Part shown: positions 35,544-45,660 of the stretch, one piece after another
Position numbering within the stretch: the first letter of the stretch is position 1
Layout of the letters: every line of letters begins with the position of its first letter
Assembly (NCBI GenBank): GCA_024226315.1
Contig: JAAELT010000305.1
Coordinates: forward strand, 18,304-82,303
From: a bacterium
Lineage (GTDB): Bacteria > Acidobacteriota > Thermoanaerobaculia > Multivoradales > J023
Direction of reading: 5' to 3'
DNA length: 64,000 nt
The notes under the pieces: model-generated
What the model saw: only the letters and a program-made list of their open reading frames with translations
Told to the model about the DNA's origin: nothing
Databases searched by the model: none
Program-made: the position numbers and the translations under genes

Positions 35544-36395
35544 ATGATTCGCTCTCTCGTCATCAGCTTCCTGCGCAGCTCTTTCAAGGAGGACATGCGC
35601 CACCAGCTCGACGGGTCGGCCACCGCCGGCACCGCCGGCGCGCCCAGTAAGAAGCGCGCCAACCCCATCCTCGAGACGATCGCAAGACTGGGCGGCAAGC
35701 TGATCGGCCCCCGTACCAAGACCCGGATCCAAGGCTACCTGATCAACAAGTTCGACGTCCCGCTGTCGTTCGTGCCGCCGGATCAGCTGGTCGTGTTCTT
35801 CGAGAAGGCGGTGGGGCGCCTGAGCGAGACCGTGGGGCCCGAGAACGTGGGCGACTACCTGGAGTTCGGGGTCTACCAGGGCAACTCGATGATGGCCATG
35901 CAGGAGGCCGTCCGGCGCGTCGGTATCGATCGCGTGCGCTTCTTCGGCTTCGACTCGTTCGAGGGCCTGCCGAGCGAAGCGGAGTGGGATGGACCGTGGT
36001 CGGAAGGGGAATTCCGGTCGGACATCGAATTCACCCGTAAGCGCCTCACCGAGGGCGGTGTCGACTGGGACCGCACCGAGCTGGTCAAGGGATTCTTCTC
36101 TGACACCCTGACGCTGGAGCTGCGGCAACAGCACTCCCTCGAGAAGGCCAGCCTGATCATGGTCGATGCCGACCTCTACACCTCCTCGCGCGACGCGCTC
36201 GTCTTCTGTGAGCCGTTGATCAAGGACACCTCGGTGATCTTCTTCGACGACTGGAACTCGACCGACGAGGAGGGCGGCGAGAAGCGCGCGATGCGCGAGC
36301 TGCTGGAAGCCCACCCGGACCTCGAGGCCGAGGAGATCGGCACTTACTCGCCCAACGCCCTGTCGTTCCTGGTCACCAGGAAGCCCGCCGCGTAG
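35544..36395 (+). CDS. TylF/MycF/NovP-type O-methyltransferase
   Basis: GDYLEFGVYQG, FGFDSFEGLP, VKGFFSDTL, VDADLY, FFDDW. Confidence 0.88.
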   Translation: MIRSLVISFLRSSFKEDMRHQLDGSATAGTAGAPSKKRANPILETIARLGGKLIGPRTKTRIQGYLINKFDVPLSFVPPDQLVVFFEKAVGRLSETVGPENVGDYLEFGVYQGNSMMAMQEAVRRVGIDRVRFFGFDSFEGLPSEAEWDGPWSEGEFRSDIEFTRKRLTEGGVDWDRTELVKGFFSDTLTLELRQQHSLEKASLIMVDADLYTSSRDALVFCEPLIKDTSVIFFDDWNSTDEEGGEKRAMRELLEAHPDLEAEEIGTYSPNALSFLVTRKPAA

Positions 36396-36415
36396 CCCAC
36401 TGGCGGGGACGCCCG

Positions 36416-37369
36416 ATGCCGGAGACGCAGGATCTCGATCTCGCCGAGCGCAGGGTCCTGGTGACCGGCGCCAGCGGCTTCATCGGCGCCCACCTGTGCC
36501 GCGCGCTGGCCTCGGCCGGCGTCCGCCTCCACGCCACATCCAGGCACTCTCGGCCGGGGTCCGAGGCCCTCACCTGGCACCGGATCGACCTCGGCGACGC
36601 CGGCGAGGTCGACAAGCTGGTCGGCGCCGTGCGGCCGGAGATCGTGTTTCACCTGGCGAGCTACGTGGCCGGCGCCCGCTCCGTGGAGCTGGTGCCGCTC
36701 ACCTTCCACGCCAACCTGGCCTCGACCGTCCATCTGCTGACCGCGCTCACTCAGCAGGGCGGCCTGCGCCGCTTCGTGCAAGTGGGCTCGCTCGAGGAGC
36801 CCGAGCCGGGCGAGCCCCTGGCGGTACCGTCCTCACCCTACGCCGCCGCCAAGATGTCGGCCAGCGGCTACGCCCGCATGTTCCACGCTCTGTACGACAC
36901 CCCGGTGGTGCTGGCGCGCCTGTTCATGGTCTACGGACCGGCCCAGAACGATCTGAAGAAGCTCATCCCGTACCTGATCCTCTCGCTGCTCGAAGGCCGG
37001 CCGCCGAAGCTCTCGAGCGGCACTCGCGAGGTGGATTGGATCTATGTCGACGACGTCGTCGACGGCCTGATGCGTGCCGCCGCACGCAACAGCTTGGGCG
37101 GCCGGCGCGTCGACCTGGGATCGGGGCGCCTGGTGACCATTCGGGGTGTGGTGGAAGAGCTCTACCGGCAGCTGGCGCCGGGCGAGGCGGCGCCTTTCGG
37201 CAGCCTCGAGGACCGGCCGATGGAACAGGTACGCCGCGCCCGCATGGCCGACACCGAGGCGCTGCTCGGCTGGCGGCCGGGGACGTCGCTCGAAGACGGC
37301 CTGCGCGCCACGATCGCCTGGTACCGCCAGGAGCTCGAAGCCGGACGACTGGACACCGGTGGCGGATGA
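36416..37369 (+). CDS. NAD-dependent nucleotide-sugar epimerase/dehydratase
   Basis: VTGASGFIG, YAAAK, VYGP, DWIYVDD. Confidence 0.92.
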   Translation: MPETQDLDLAERRVLVTGASGFIGAHLCRALASAGVRLHATSRHSRPGSEALTWHRIDLGDAGEVDKLVGAVRPEIVFHLASYVAGARSVELVPLTFHANLASTVHLLTALTQQGGLRRFVQVGSLEEPEPGEPLAVPSSPYAAAKMSASGYARMFHALYDTPVVLARLFMVYGPAQNDLKKLIPYLILSLLEGRPPKLSSGTREVDWIYVDDVVDGLMRAAARNSLGGRRVDLGSGRLVTIRGVVEELYRQLAPGEAAPFGSLEDRPMEQVRRARMADTEALLGWRPGTSLEDGLRATIAWYRQELEAGRLDTGGG

Positions 37370-37893
37370 TGTTCGCGAACCTGCGCCAGGACGTCGCCCG
37401 CCTGCGGGAATCGAAGTCGAAGCCGTTCCCGTGGTTCGTCATCGAGTCGCTGGCGTTCGAGAACGGTTTCCAGGCGGTGGTGCTCTACCGCGTGGCCCAC
37501 TGGTTCAAGAGCCACAAGATCCCGATCCTGGGGCCGCTTTTCGGCCGCCTGTCGCTGTTTCTCACCGGCGTCGACATCGCGCCCGCGGCCGAGATCGGGC
37601 CGGGTCTGCGGATCTCCCACGGCACCGGCATCGTGATCGGCCATTGCGCCCGCCTGGGCTCGCACGTCACCCTGCTGCACAAGGTCACCATCGGCGGCAC
37701 CTCGGCCAAACGACCGCACGAGATGCCGCGGATCGGCGACCACGTGTTCCTTGGTGCCGGGGCGTCGATCCTCGGCGAGATCGAGATCGGCGACCACGTC
37801 TTCGTCGGCACCGGCGCGCTCGTCATGCAGGACGTGCCGGCCCACTCGAAGGTGGTCTCGACCACCGGAATCGAGATCAAGACGGCCGACTGA
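37366..37893 (+). CDS. Serine acetyltransferase-like hexapeptide acyltransferase
   Basis: TGVDIAPAAEIGPGLRISHGTGIVIG, PRIGDHVFLGAGA; ATGA overlap with the upstream gene. Confidence 0.9.
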   Translation: MMFANLRQDVARLRESKSKPFPWFVIESLAFENGFQAVVLYRVAHWFKSHKIPILGPLFGRLSLFLTGVDIAPAAEIGPGLRISHGTGIVIGHCARLGSHVTLLHKVTIGGTSAKRPHEMPRIGDHVFLGAGASILGEIEIGDHVFVGTGALVMQDVPAHSKVVSTTGIEIKTAD

Positions 37894-39019
37894 CCAGATC
37901 CCGCCCCGCGGCCCGAACCAGCAGATCCTGCCACTGGGGCATCACCCGCGGCAGGTCGTAGAGGCGCCGCGCGCGCTCCCTGGCCGCTTCGCCCATCGTG
38001 GCACAGCGATCCCGATCTTCCAGGATCTCGACGATGGCGCCTGCGACGGCTTCCGCGTCTCCCATCTCGACCAGCCGGCCGGTGACGCCATCCTCGACGA
38101 TCTCGTCGGGCCCGAAGGGGCAGCGGGTGGCGACCGCCGGCGCCCCGAGCCCCTGGGCCTCGATCAAAGCGTTCGGCAGACCCTCGAAGTCACTGGTCGA
38201 GACGAAGAGGTCCGCCTGGCGCAGGAGCGCGAACGGGTTGTCCTGGAAACCCAGGATCTCGACCGCCTCGCCCAGGCCAAGCTCGGCGATCTGTGCCTCG
38301 ACCGCGCCACGCAGTGGGCCGTCACCACAGATCCACAGCCGCACGTCCATGCGCCGGCGGACCAGGTTTAGGGCCTGGAGAAGGACGTCTGGCCGCTTCT
38401 GCGGTTTGAGGCGGCCGATGAAGAGCAGCGTCGGCACCCCGTCCTCTGACCGGCGCGCCGGCGGTTCGTCCGCCAGCTGGTCGATGGCCGAGAAATCCGT
38501 CGGGTTGGGGATCGAGGTGCAGCGTCCGGCGGTGCCCGGATAGAAGCTCTCGAAGGCGTCTTGCATGCGCCGGGAGTTGGTCACGCACTTGCGCGCCAGG
38601 GGATAGACCGCCCGCGACCACCACTGCTGCGTGCGCGGCTCGCCGACCCCCGGCGCCATGCCGATGCGCGCCACCCACGGCGGCCGGTCGCGCAGCAGCG
38701 CCACCGCCCCGCCGGTGAGGCAATTCGTCGCCACCACGTTCGACAGCACCACGTCGGGTCGCTCGGTCGTCATCAGCTTCTTGAGGCGCAGCAGCGTCCT
38801 CGGCAAGTCGCGGATCCCGCGGTACCCGAGAGTCGACACCGGCACGTCGGCGGGCAAGGGATAGGTCGACTTGTCGGTGACCAGACAGATCTGTGGCGCG
38901 AACCGGTCACGGTCGAGGCCGCCGAGCAGGTTCGAGGCGAAGCGCTCGGCGCCACCCACGGACAGCGAGTGGGTGACCACCAGGAGGCGGACGGGATCGG
39001 TCGCCGATCCGGCCCCCAC
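37877..39019 (-). CDS. Glycosyltransferase family 4
   Basis: GGAER, IGRLKPQK, EGLPNALIEA (ExxxxxxxE). Confidence 0.93.
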   Translation of the reverse strand: MGAGSATDPVRLLVVTHSLSVGGAERFASNLLGGLDRDRFAPQICLVTDKSTYPLPADVPVSTLGYRGIRDLPRTLLRLKKLMTTERPDVVLSNVVATNCLTGGAVALLRDRPPWVARIGMAPGVGEPRTQQWWSRAVYPLARKCVTNSRRMQDAFESFYPGTAGRCTSIPNPTDFSAIDQLADEPPARRSEDGVPTLLFIGRLKPQKRPDVLLQALNLVRRRMDVRLWICGDGPLRGAVEAQIAELGLGEAVEILGFQDNPFALLRQADLFVSTSDFEGLPNALIEAQGLGAPAVATRCPFGPDEIVEDGVTGRLVEMGDAEAVAGAIVEILEDRDRCATMGEAARERARRLYDLPRVMPQWQDLLVRAAGRDLVSRPS

Positions 39020-40326
39020 TAAGCCGGCTCCAGCAATCCCGCCTCGCGCAGCGCTTGCGCTGCCTCCAGGATCTCTCCATAGCTCATCGCCGAGCGCTCG
39101 GCGATGTCGAGCAACGAGTGCTCGCCGTCGCTCTGGTTGAGCACCCAGAGCAGCGCCAGCTGCTTGCGCTGACCGGCGGCGCCGCCGATCGAGGGATAGA
39201 GCCCCCGCTTGCCGAGCTGCGGCTCACAGTGCGGCTGGAGGTTGCGGTAGCGCCGGTTCGACTCCAGCACGCGGACGACCCCGAGGTAGCGCTCCAGAGA
39301 CGTCGCCAGGTGCTCGGGGCGCACCAGGTCGAGGTCGTCGGCCGAGGTGTGGTACTGCGGGTAACGGCCCCAGGGCGTCCGGGTCAACGAGCCGACCGCC
39401 AGGTCGAAGCCCGGGGAACAGTACTGGCGCTCGTCGTAGCCGAACGGCAGGAAGTCCTCGATCTCGTGCGGCTCGCCCGAGTCCGCCAGCACCCGCGCCA
39501 CGGCGCGATCGATCTCCGCGTCGCCGCGACGGCTGCGCTTGTAGTGGAAAGCGCCCGCGTCCCCGAGGTTGGCGGCCACCAGACCGTGGCGCACCTGCCG
39601 CGCCTGCTCGCCGTTGCCGGCCAGCCAGGTGATCGAGCCGATAGTGCCCGGGATGAACAGGAAGCGGTAGGAGTACCGCCTCTTCGCCTCGGCGAGCAAC
39701 TTGGCCAGGAAGGTGCAGACCGCGATTCCCGACAGGTTGTCGTTGGCCAGCGAGGGGTGACAGACGTGGGCCGAGAGCAGCACTGTCTGCTCGCTTTCGC
39801 CAGGCAGAAACAGCTCGCCCCAGGTCAAGTGGCCGGGCTCGAGGGTGGAGTCGATTTTCACCTCGTACTCGCCCTCTTCCAGGCCCTCGAGCACCCTGTG
39901 CTCGAGGCAGAAACCCCAGCGCTCCTGGTAGTAGGAGGTGCGGTACGGGACCAGGTCCGGCTGCTCCGGCAAGGTGAAGAGGTGCTCGCGCAGCTCGGCC
40001 AGCGGCATCTTGCGGTGCACGGGGACGCTGTAGCTCAGCACGTGGAGCGAATGCCGGCTGAAGTCGATCACCCGCTCACCCCGGGGATTCTTCACCCACG
40101 CGGCGCGGATGTTCCACTCGGCCGGGACCGTCCAGTCGAAAACCTCCGTGCCGCTGGCAACCTCGCGCACCTCCAGGTCGACGTGCCGGCGCAGGAGGTC
40201 CAGGGTCCGGCGCACGCCGTCGCCGGTGATCGAGCGGCAGATCGGATACGCCTCACGCGCCAGCGCGTGCATCTCGCCACCGAGGCGATCGAAGTCGAGC
40301 CCGTTCGGGTCCCGGAGGACGTCCAT
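39019..40326 (-). CDS. DUF4910 aminopeptidase-like polysaccharide biosynthesis protein
   Basis: YPICRSITGDGVR, FDWTVP.EWNI, HVCHPSLANDNLSG, GYDERQYCSPG, YPQYHTSADD. Confidence 0.88.
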   Translation of the reverse strand: MDVLRDPNGLDFDRLGGEMHALAREAYPICRSITGDGVRRTLDLLRRHVDLEVREVASGTEVFDWTVPAEWNIRAAWVKNPRGERVIDFSRHSLHVLSYSVPVHRKMPLAELREHLFTLPEQPDLVPYRTSYYQERWGFCLEHRVLEGLEEGEYEVKIDSTLEPGHLTWGELFLPGESEQTVLLSAHVCHPSLANDNLSGIAVCTFLAKLLAEAKRRYSYRFLFIPGTIGSITWLAGNGEQARQVRHGLVAANLGDAGAFHYKRSRRGDAEIDRAVARVLADSGEPHEIEDFLPFGYDERQYCSPGFDLAVGSLTRTPWGRYPQYHTSADDLDLVRPEHLATSLERYLGVVRVLESNRRYRNLQPHCEPQLGKRGLYPSIGGAAGQRKQLALLWVLNQSDGEHSLLDIAERSAMSYGEILEAAQALREAGLLEPA

Positions 40327-40333
40327 CAGCTCG

Positions 40334-40864
40334 TCAGGCGCCGAAGTCCGGAAATTCCAGGTCGCGCTCGGAGATCACGCTGATCTCGCGCGGCCAGGTG
40401 ATCTCGAAGGCGGCGTCGTTCCAGCGCACGCCGCGCCCCGCCGATGGGTCGTAGAACTCGGACATCTGGTAGAAGACCTCGGTGTTGTCGGCCAGGGTCT
40501 GGAAGCCGTGAGCGACACCGGCGGGAACATAGAGCGCCGCCTGGTTCTCGGCGTCGAGGCGGACCGCGAGGTGGCGTTTGAAGCTCGGTGAGTCCGGGCG
40601 CAGATCGACGATGACGTCATGGATGGCGCCGCGGGTGCAGCGCACCAGCTTGACCTCCTCGGCCGGCGGCGCCTGGTAGTGCATGCCACGCACGGTGCCG
40701 CGCAGATGGTTGAACGAGATGTTGCACTGCGCAATGTCCGGCTCGAGTCCCCGCTGCTCGAGCTCGCGGCGGCAGAACGTGCGGGCGAAGAATCCTCGCT
40801 CGTCCTCGTGCCGCTCCGGCTCGAGCAGGTAGGCTCCCGCAATCTCCAACTCGCGGAAGAGCAT
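40334..40864 (-). CDS. rfbC: dTDP-4-dehydrorhamnose 3,5-epimerase family protein
   Basis: DERGFFAR, RGMHYQ, KLVRC.RG, AHGFQTL. Confidence 0.9.
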   Translation of the reverse strand: MLFRELEIAGAYLLEPERHEDERGFFARTFCRRELEQRGLEPDIAQCNISFNHLRGTVRGMHYQAPPAEEVKLVRCTRGAIHDVIVDLRPDSPSFKRHLAVRLDAENQAALYVPAGVAHGFQTLADNTEVFYQMSEFYDPSAGRGVRWNDAAFEITWPREISVISERDLEFPDFGA

Positions 40865-40873
40865 CGATTTCCG

Positions 40874-41926
40874 CTAATCCGGATCGGGCAGATCGGAGTC
40901 GAAGAATGCCGCGGTGTCGCCGACGCTGGCAAACGTCTCGAGCGGGTTGAAGTACTCCTTGCACTCGCCGGACTCGGTGTCCTTGACCGCCAGCGTGAAT
41001 TCGACGTTCGACAGCGCCCCGTAGAAGACCCAGAAGTGGCCGTTGTTGGTCCTACCGTCGAGTACTTTGATCGCCAGCTCGATGTTCTGCGGATCGAACC
41101 AGTAGAAGGCGCCGGTGTCGTCGGTCTGGGGCACGGCGATCCCCACGCCCGTCTGTTCGAAGAAATTCTTCCAGGCGGCTTCGAGCCGGAAGCGGCCCTG
41201 GTTCAGGCACAGGGCGGTGCTGCTCGGGACGCACGGGCCGTCCGGCAGCTGGCCGCACAGATTCTCACGCGTCAAGGCGTCGATCGCCGGCGCGAGGAAC
41301 GCGGCGGCCATGATGCCGTAGCCGGTGGAATTGGGATGCAACTGATCGAAGTAGTAGAGGTCGAAGAAGTTCGGCCGGTCCCAGAATTCGTGAAATTGAT
41401 CGGCGAAGGCCCAGCCGTTCTCCTGCGCGTCCTCGAGCAGCCTGTCCGCGATGGTGTACGTCTTGCCGTTGGACGAGTCACGCGGGGAATCCGGACCGCG
41501 CGGGATGATCGACGCCAGCAGCGGCTCGACGCCGGCGCCCTCCGCTTTCGCCATCATCTCGTTCAAGTTGAACAGCGTCGTCTCGAAGGCCACGGCCTCG
41601 GAGACGTCGTTGGTCCCTTCCATGATGATGATCACGTCGCCGCCCACGGCCAGGACGTTGTCGATCCGGGAGATTCCGACATCCGTTCTCTCGCCGCACT
41701 CGCCGAAGTTGAGGAACGTGGTGTCGATGCCGGCCGATGCCAGTTGCGAGCGCAACCGCGACGGATAGCCGGCCGTGGAGGTGTGGTCCGGACACACCAC
41801 GTTGCCTTCGCCATAGCCCACCGTGATGCTGTCACCGAAGACCAGAACGCGCTTGTCCGCGGCGTCGGCCGGCAGGCTCGAGACGCACAGCAGCAACAAT
41901 AGCAGCGGGATGGATCTCGGGTTCAT
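40874..41926 (-). CDS. Secreted SGNH/GDSL hydrolase with a conserved C-terminal beta domain
   Basis: FGDSIT, GTND, DQLHP; C-terminal LCLNQGRF...FYWFDPQNIELAIKVLDG...HFWVFYGALSNVEF, recalled as frequent in Thermoanaerobaculia. Confidence 0.88.
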   Translation of the reverse strand: MNPRSIPLLLLLLCVSSLPADAADKRVLVFGDSITVGYGEGNVVCPDHTSTAGYPSRLRSQLASAGIDTTFLNFGECGERTDVGISRIDNVLAVGGDVIIIMEGTNDVSEAVAFETTLFNLNEMMAKAEGAGVEPLLASIIPRGPDSPRDSSNGKTYTIADRLLEDAQENGWAFADQFHEFWDRPNFFDLYYFDQLHPNSTGYGIMAAAFLAPAIDALTRENLCGQLPDGPCVPSSTALCLNQGRFRLEAAWKNFFEQTGVGIAVPQTDDTGAFYWFDPQNIELAIKVLDGRTNNGHFWVFYGALSNVEFTLAVKDTESGECKEYFNPLETFASVGDTAAFFDSDLPDPD

Positions 41927-42065
41927 GGTGGTGTCGGGCAATGGAATCGTGGACCGAGGATCGGACCGGGACGAGTGGGGTCCGGTGCGCGGCGACCTGA
42001 GGCGACATATTTTATCGCACCAGGACATAAGTTGTCGAGGCCGATCCAGCCTCGACCACCGAGCG

Positions 42066-42218
42066 CTAAAACAGCGTGTAGATGAACGGCGCGACCGCCG
42101 AGCCCTGGGTCAGGACCAGCAACATGCCCAAGAGCAGCAGCATGAGCACGATCGGCCCGAGCCACCATTTCTTGCGGACTTTGAGGAATTCCCAGAACTG
42201 CTGCAGGAAGATCTTCAT
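42066..42218 (-). CDS. DUF5989/SxtK-like small membrane protein (50 aa)
   Basis: Hand translation MKIFLQQFWEFLKVRKKWWLGPIVLMLLLLGMLLVLTQGSAVAPFIYTLF; not listed in the ORF track. Confidence 0.9.
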   Translation of the reverse strand: MKIFLQQFWEFLKVRKKWWLGPIVLMLLLLGMLLVLTQGSAVAPFIYTLF

Positions 42219-42228
42219 CTGTGGACTC

Positions 42229-42669
42229 CTAGAAAAACTTCTCGTACCGCGAACGGTCCTTGATCGGGTACTCCTTCTCGATCCAGTAGCTCGGTGCGTC
42301 GCGGTCGAGCTTGCGGTGCAGGGCGTCGCGCCCGATCAGGCGGAAAACGAGTCCGACCGGCGTCAGGACCAGGAAGAAAAAGATCGTCAAGAGCACCCGC
42401 GTCATCACGAAGCCGAGCGCCACCGCCATGGTCATCCAGGCATAGTAGATCGGCTTGACGACGATCGGCAGCAGGGTGCCGACCACCGCCAGCACGACGC
42501 CGATCTGCCACAGGAGAGGCAGATCGCGAACCTTGGCGCCGAACACCCAGGGAAAGACGTAGGCCAGAACCGCCCACAACAGGACGAAGGCGATACCCAC
42601 CGTCCAGCTGAACTTGCGCAGGTCCGAAGGATCTGCAGGCAGCTCTTTGACTTCCGCGATGATCGACAT
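42229..42669 (-). CDS. SxtJ family membrane protein
   Basis: DLRKFS, AWMTMAVALG, IFFLVLTPVG, SYWI; follows the carbamoyltransferase. Confidence 0.88.
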   Translation of the reverse strand: MSIIAEVKELPADPSDLRKFSWTVGIAFVLLWAVLAYVFPWVFGAKVRDLPLLWQIGVVLAVVGTLLPIVVKPIYYAWMTMAVALGFVMTRVLLTIFFFLVLTPVGLVFRLIGRDALHRKLDRDAPSYWIEKEYPIKDRSRYEKFF

Positions 42670-42684
42670 CGATTCGAATCCCGC

Positions 42685-44502
42685 TCAGTCGAGCTCGAAC
42701 TCGTCGCGCCAGTCGCCCTGTTCGGCCCAGTCCGGTTGATCCGGCTTGGCCAGCAAGTAGGGGCCGGCGATGAGGAAGTCCATGTCGGTGCGCATGAAGC
42801 AGGTGTAGGCGTGCTCCGGCGTGCAGACGATCGGCTCGCCGCGCACATTGAACGAGGTGTTGATGATCACCGGACAGCCGGTGAGGTCGTGGAAGGCACG
42901 GATGGTGTCGTAGTACAACTGGTTGTCCTCGGGGTGGACGGTCTGCACCCGGGCCGAGTAGTCGACGTGGGTGATGGCCGGGATCGAGGAACGCTTGACG
43001 TTGAGCTTGTCGATACCGAAGAGATCGCTCTGCTCGTCGCTCATCGCCTGGCGGTGCTCTTCGCGCACCGGCGCCACCAGCAGCATGTAGGGACTCTCGC
43101 GGTCGAGCTCGAAGTAGCTCGAGACCTCGTCGTAGAGCACCGACGGCGCGAACGGCCGGAAGGACTCCCGGTACTTGATCTTGAGGTTCATGATCGACTG
43201 CATCTTCTCAGAGCGCGCGTCGCCGATGATGCTGCGACTGCCGAGGGCTCGGGGGCCGAACTCCATGCGGCCCTGGAACCAGCCGATCACCTTTTCATCA
43301 GCGATCAACCTCGCCACGCGGCCGGGGATCTCCTCCTCGTCGAGGCGCTCGTACCTGGCGCCGAAGACGTCCAGTCGACGGCGGATCTCTTCCGGGCTGA
43401 ACTCGGGACCGAAATAGGAGCCGCGCTGGTTGCCCCGGGGCCCGACACTGCGCTCGTTCTCCAGGTACTGATACCAGGCCACGAGCGCCGCGCCCAGGGC
43501 GCCGCCGGCGTCGCCGGCGGCGGGCTGGATCCAGATGTCCTCGTACTTGCTCTCGCGCAGGATGCGGCCGTTGCCGACGCAGTTCAGAGCCACGCCACCC
43601 GCCAGGCAGAGGTGCTTCTGTCCGGTCTCGCGGCGCACGTGCTCGGCCATGCGCAGCATCACCTCTTCGCACACCACCTGCACCGAGCGCGCCAGATCCA
43701 TCTCGCGCTGACTGAGCTCCGACTCGGGCTGGCGCGGCGGTCCGCCGAACAGCCGGTGGAACTTCTCCGACGTCATGCGCAGGCCCGAGCAATAGTCGAA
43801 GTACTGCTGATCGAGGCGAAACGAGCCGTCTTCCTTGAGGTCGATCACGTGCTCGAGGATCGTCTGCGCGTACTTCGGCTCGCCGTAGGGTGCCAGCCCC
43901 ATCACCTTGTACTCTCCCGAGTTGACCCGGAAGCCGGTGTAGTAGGTGAAGGCGGAATAGAGCAGCCCCAGGGAGTGCGGGAAGTGAATCTCCTTGAGGA
44001 TCTCGATCCGGTTGCCCTCGCCGACGCCGAAGCTGGTGGTCGCCCACTCGCCGACGCCGTCGATGGTGAGAAACGCCGCCGACTCATAGGGCGACGGGTA
44101 GAAGGCCGAGGCGGCGTGCGACTCGTGGTGCTCCGACAGCAGCAGCTTGCCCTCGAAGCCGTCGAGCGATTTCCTGATCAGGTCCGGGATGAAGAGCTTC
44201 TTCTTCAGCCACAGCGGCAGGGCCTTGATGAACGAAGGCAGGCCGAGGGGGGCCGAAGCGATGTAGGTCTCGAGGATACGCTCGAATTTGAGAAACGGCT
44301 TGTCGTAGAAGGCCGCGATATCGAGCTCGGCGGCGGTGATGCCTGCCGTCTCCAGGCAGTAGCGAATCGCTCTCTTCGGGAACTCAGAATCGTGCTTGAT
44401 GCGCGAGTATCGCTCCTCAGACGCCGCGGCCACCACCTCGCCGTCAACCACCAGGCAGGCGGCGGCGTCATGGTAGTAGCACGAGATGCCGAGGATCTTC
44501 AT
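42685..44502 (-). CDS. NodU/CmcH family O-carbamoyltransferase
   Basis: GISCYYHDAAA, HHESHAASAF, DGVGE, GEYKVMGLAPYG, GGVALNC, EFGPRALG, NTSFNVRGEPIV. Confidence 0.95.
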   Translation of the reverse strand: MKILGISCYYHDAAACLVVDGEVVAAASEERYSRIKHDSEFPKRAIRYCLETAGITAAELDIAAFYDKPFLKFERILETYIASAPLGLPSFIKALPLWLKKKLFIPDLIRKSLDGFEGKLLLSEHHESHAASAFYPSPYESAAFLTIDGVGEWATTSFGVGEGNRIEILKEIHFPHSLGLLYSAFTYYTGFRVNSGEYKVMGLAPYGEPKYAQTILEHVIDLKEDGSFRLDQQYFDYCSGLRMTSEKFHRLFGGPPRQPESELSQREMDLARSVQVVCEEVMLRMAEHVRRETGQKHLCLAGGVALNCVGNGRILRESKYEDIWIQPAAGDAGGALGAALVAWYQYLENERSVGPRGNQRGSYFGPEFSPEEIRRRLDVFGARYERLDEEEIPGRVARLIADEKVIGWFQGRMEFGPRALGSRSIIGDARSEKMQSIMNLKIKYRESFRPFAPSVLYDEVSSYFELDRESPYMLLVAPVREEHRQAMSDEQSDLFGIDKLNVKRSSIPAITHVDYSARVQTVHPEDNQLYYDTIRAFHDLTGCPVIINTSFNVRGEPIVCTPEHAYTCFMRTDMDFLIAGPYLLAKPDQPDWAEQGDWRDEFELD

Positions 44503-44592
44503 CGACGGGTCCTGACGGAGCGATTCGGAGGAGTGGGGAGATTCGGGAGGCGGGAGCCCGGCCGAAAGGCGTTTCTACCACAATCGGCGCCA

Positions 44593-44656
44593 CTCCGTCA
44601 CGACAATCCAATGCGTGCCTTCGTCACGACAATCGATGCGTGCCTCCGTCACGACG
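44593..44656. repeat. About 25-bp imperfect tandem repeat x3 (CGTCACGACAATC..ATGCGTGCCT)
   Basis: CGTCACGAC at 44596, 44622 and 44647. Confidence 0.75.
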
Positions 44657-45556
44657 TCACGAGGTCTTGCGAGCTTCCAGCTCCTCCAGCGTCTTTGGCC
44701 AGTCCTGTTTCATCAGGCGGGAGAGAGCGCGGTCGGCCAGCAAGCGGCCGGCGGTCTGGCATCGCGGGCAGTAGTTGGCCTCGTTCTCGGCGTAGAGCAC
44801 GCGCTGGACCGGCGTCGAGCACACCGGGCACGGCTCGCGGTAGCGTCCGTGCACCGCCATGCCCTGGCGAAAGGCGGTGACCTTGTCGGGGAAGCCCTCC
44901 CCCACCTCCTCGCGCGTGCGCTCGGTCCATTCGACGAGTACCTCGCGGGTCGCTTCGAACAGGCGTGGCCACTCCCCCTCGGCGAGCTGGGCGGTGCGCT
45001 TGAACGGCGACATGGCGGCGCGATGCAGGATCTCGTCGGAGTAGGCGTTGCCGATACCCGACAGCAGCCGCGGATCGGTCAGCGCCCGTTTGAGGGTGTG
45101 GTTCTCGGCGGTCAAGGCGGAGTGAAAGGCCTGGAGATCATTGTCCAGCACCTCCAGCCCGCCCGGGTCGTGCTCGGCGACCGCCGCTTCGCCCCGCACG
45201 AGGTAGAGCGAAGCGCGCTTCTTCGAGCTGGCCTCGGTGAGCAGCAACGTGCCGTCTGGGAAGTCGAAGGCGGCCAAACCGTTCCTCCTCGGCACCTTGG
45301 CCCCCTTCGGCCGCCAGCGCAGGCGCCCGGCGATCATCAAGTGGAGCACCAGGAAGAGATCCTCCTCGACCGCCAGCACCAGGCGCTTGCCCAGACGCCT
45401 CACTCCGACGAGCCGCTTGCCCTCGACCGCCGAGAGCGGCGGATCGTAGGACCGCAGCAGGAAAGGGCTCGTCAGCCGGACGCGCTCGATCTCCCGGTCG
45501 AGCGCGAACCGCTCCAGGGCCTCGACGTAGACGACGATGTCCGGCAACTCGGGCAT
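44657..45556 (-). CDS. Fpg/Nei family DNA glycosylase
   Basis: MPELPD, RRLGK, HLMIAG, GIGNAYSDEIL, CPVC...CPRCQ zinc finger. Confidence 0.93.
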   Translation of the reverse strand: MPELPDIVVYVEALERFALDREIERVRLTSPFLLRSYDPPLSAVEGKRLVGVRRLGKRLVLAVEEDLFLVLHLMIAGRLRWRPKGAKVPRRNGLAAFDFPDGTLLLTEASSKKRASLYLVRGEAAVAEHDPGGLEVLDNDLQAFHSALTAENHTLKRALTDPRLLSGIGNAYSDEILHRAAMSPFKRTAQLAEGEWPRLFEATREVLVEWTERTREEVGEGFPDKVTAFRQGMAVHGRYREPCPVCSTPVQRVLYAENEANYCPRCQTAGRLLADRALSRLMKQDWPKTLEELEARKTS

Positions 45557-45660
45557 GAGGGGGCACCGAGCTTACCAGCAGCCAGGTGGGGTTCAGGCTC
45601 GTGAGGTCGGCTGGGCGCTGAGGTTCCGAAACAACGACCAGCCTCGCTGCTACGACCGGC

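Noticed and set aside
42066..44502. Saxitoxin cluster (sxtIJK-like)
   Set aside because: The triad is widespread in glycan loci; no sxtA or other toxin genes are present.
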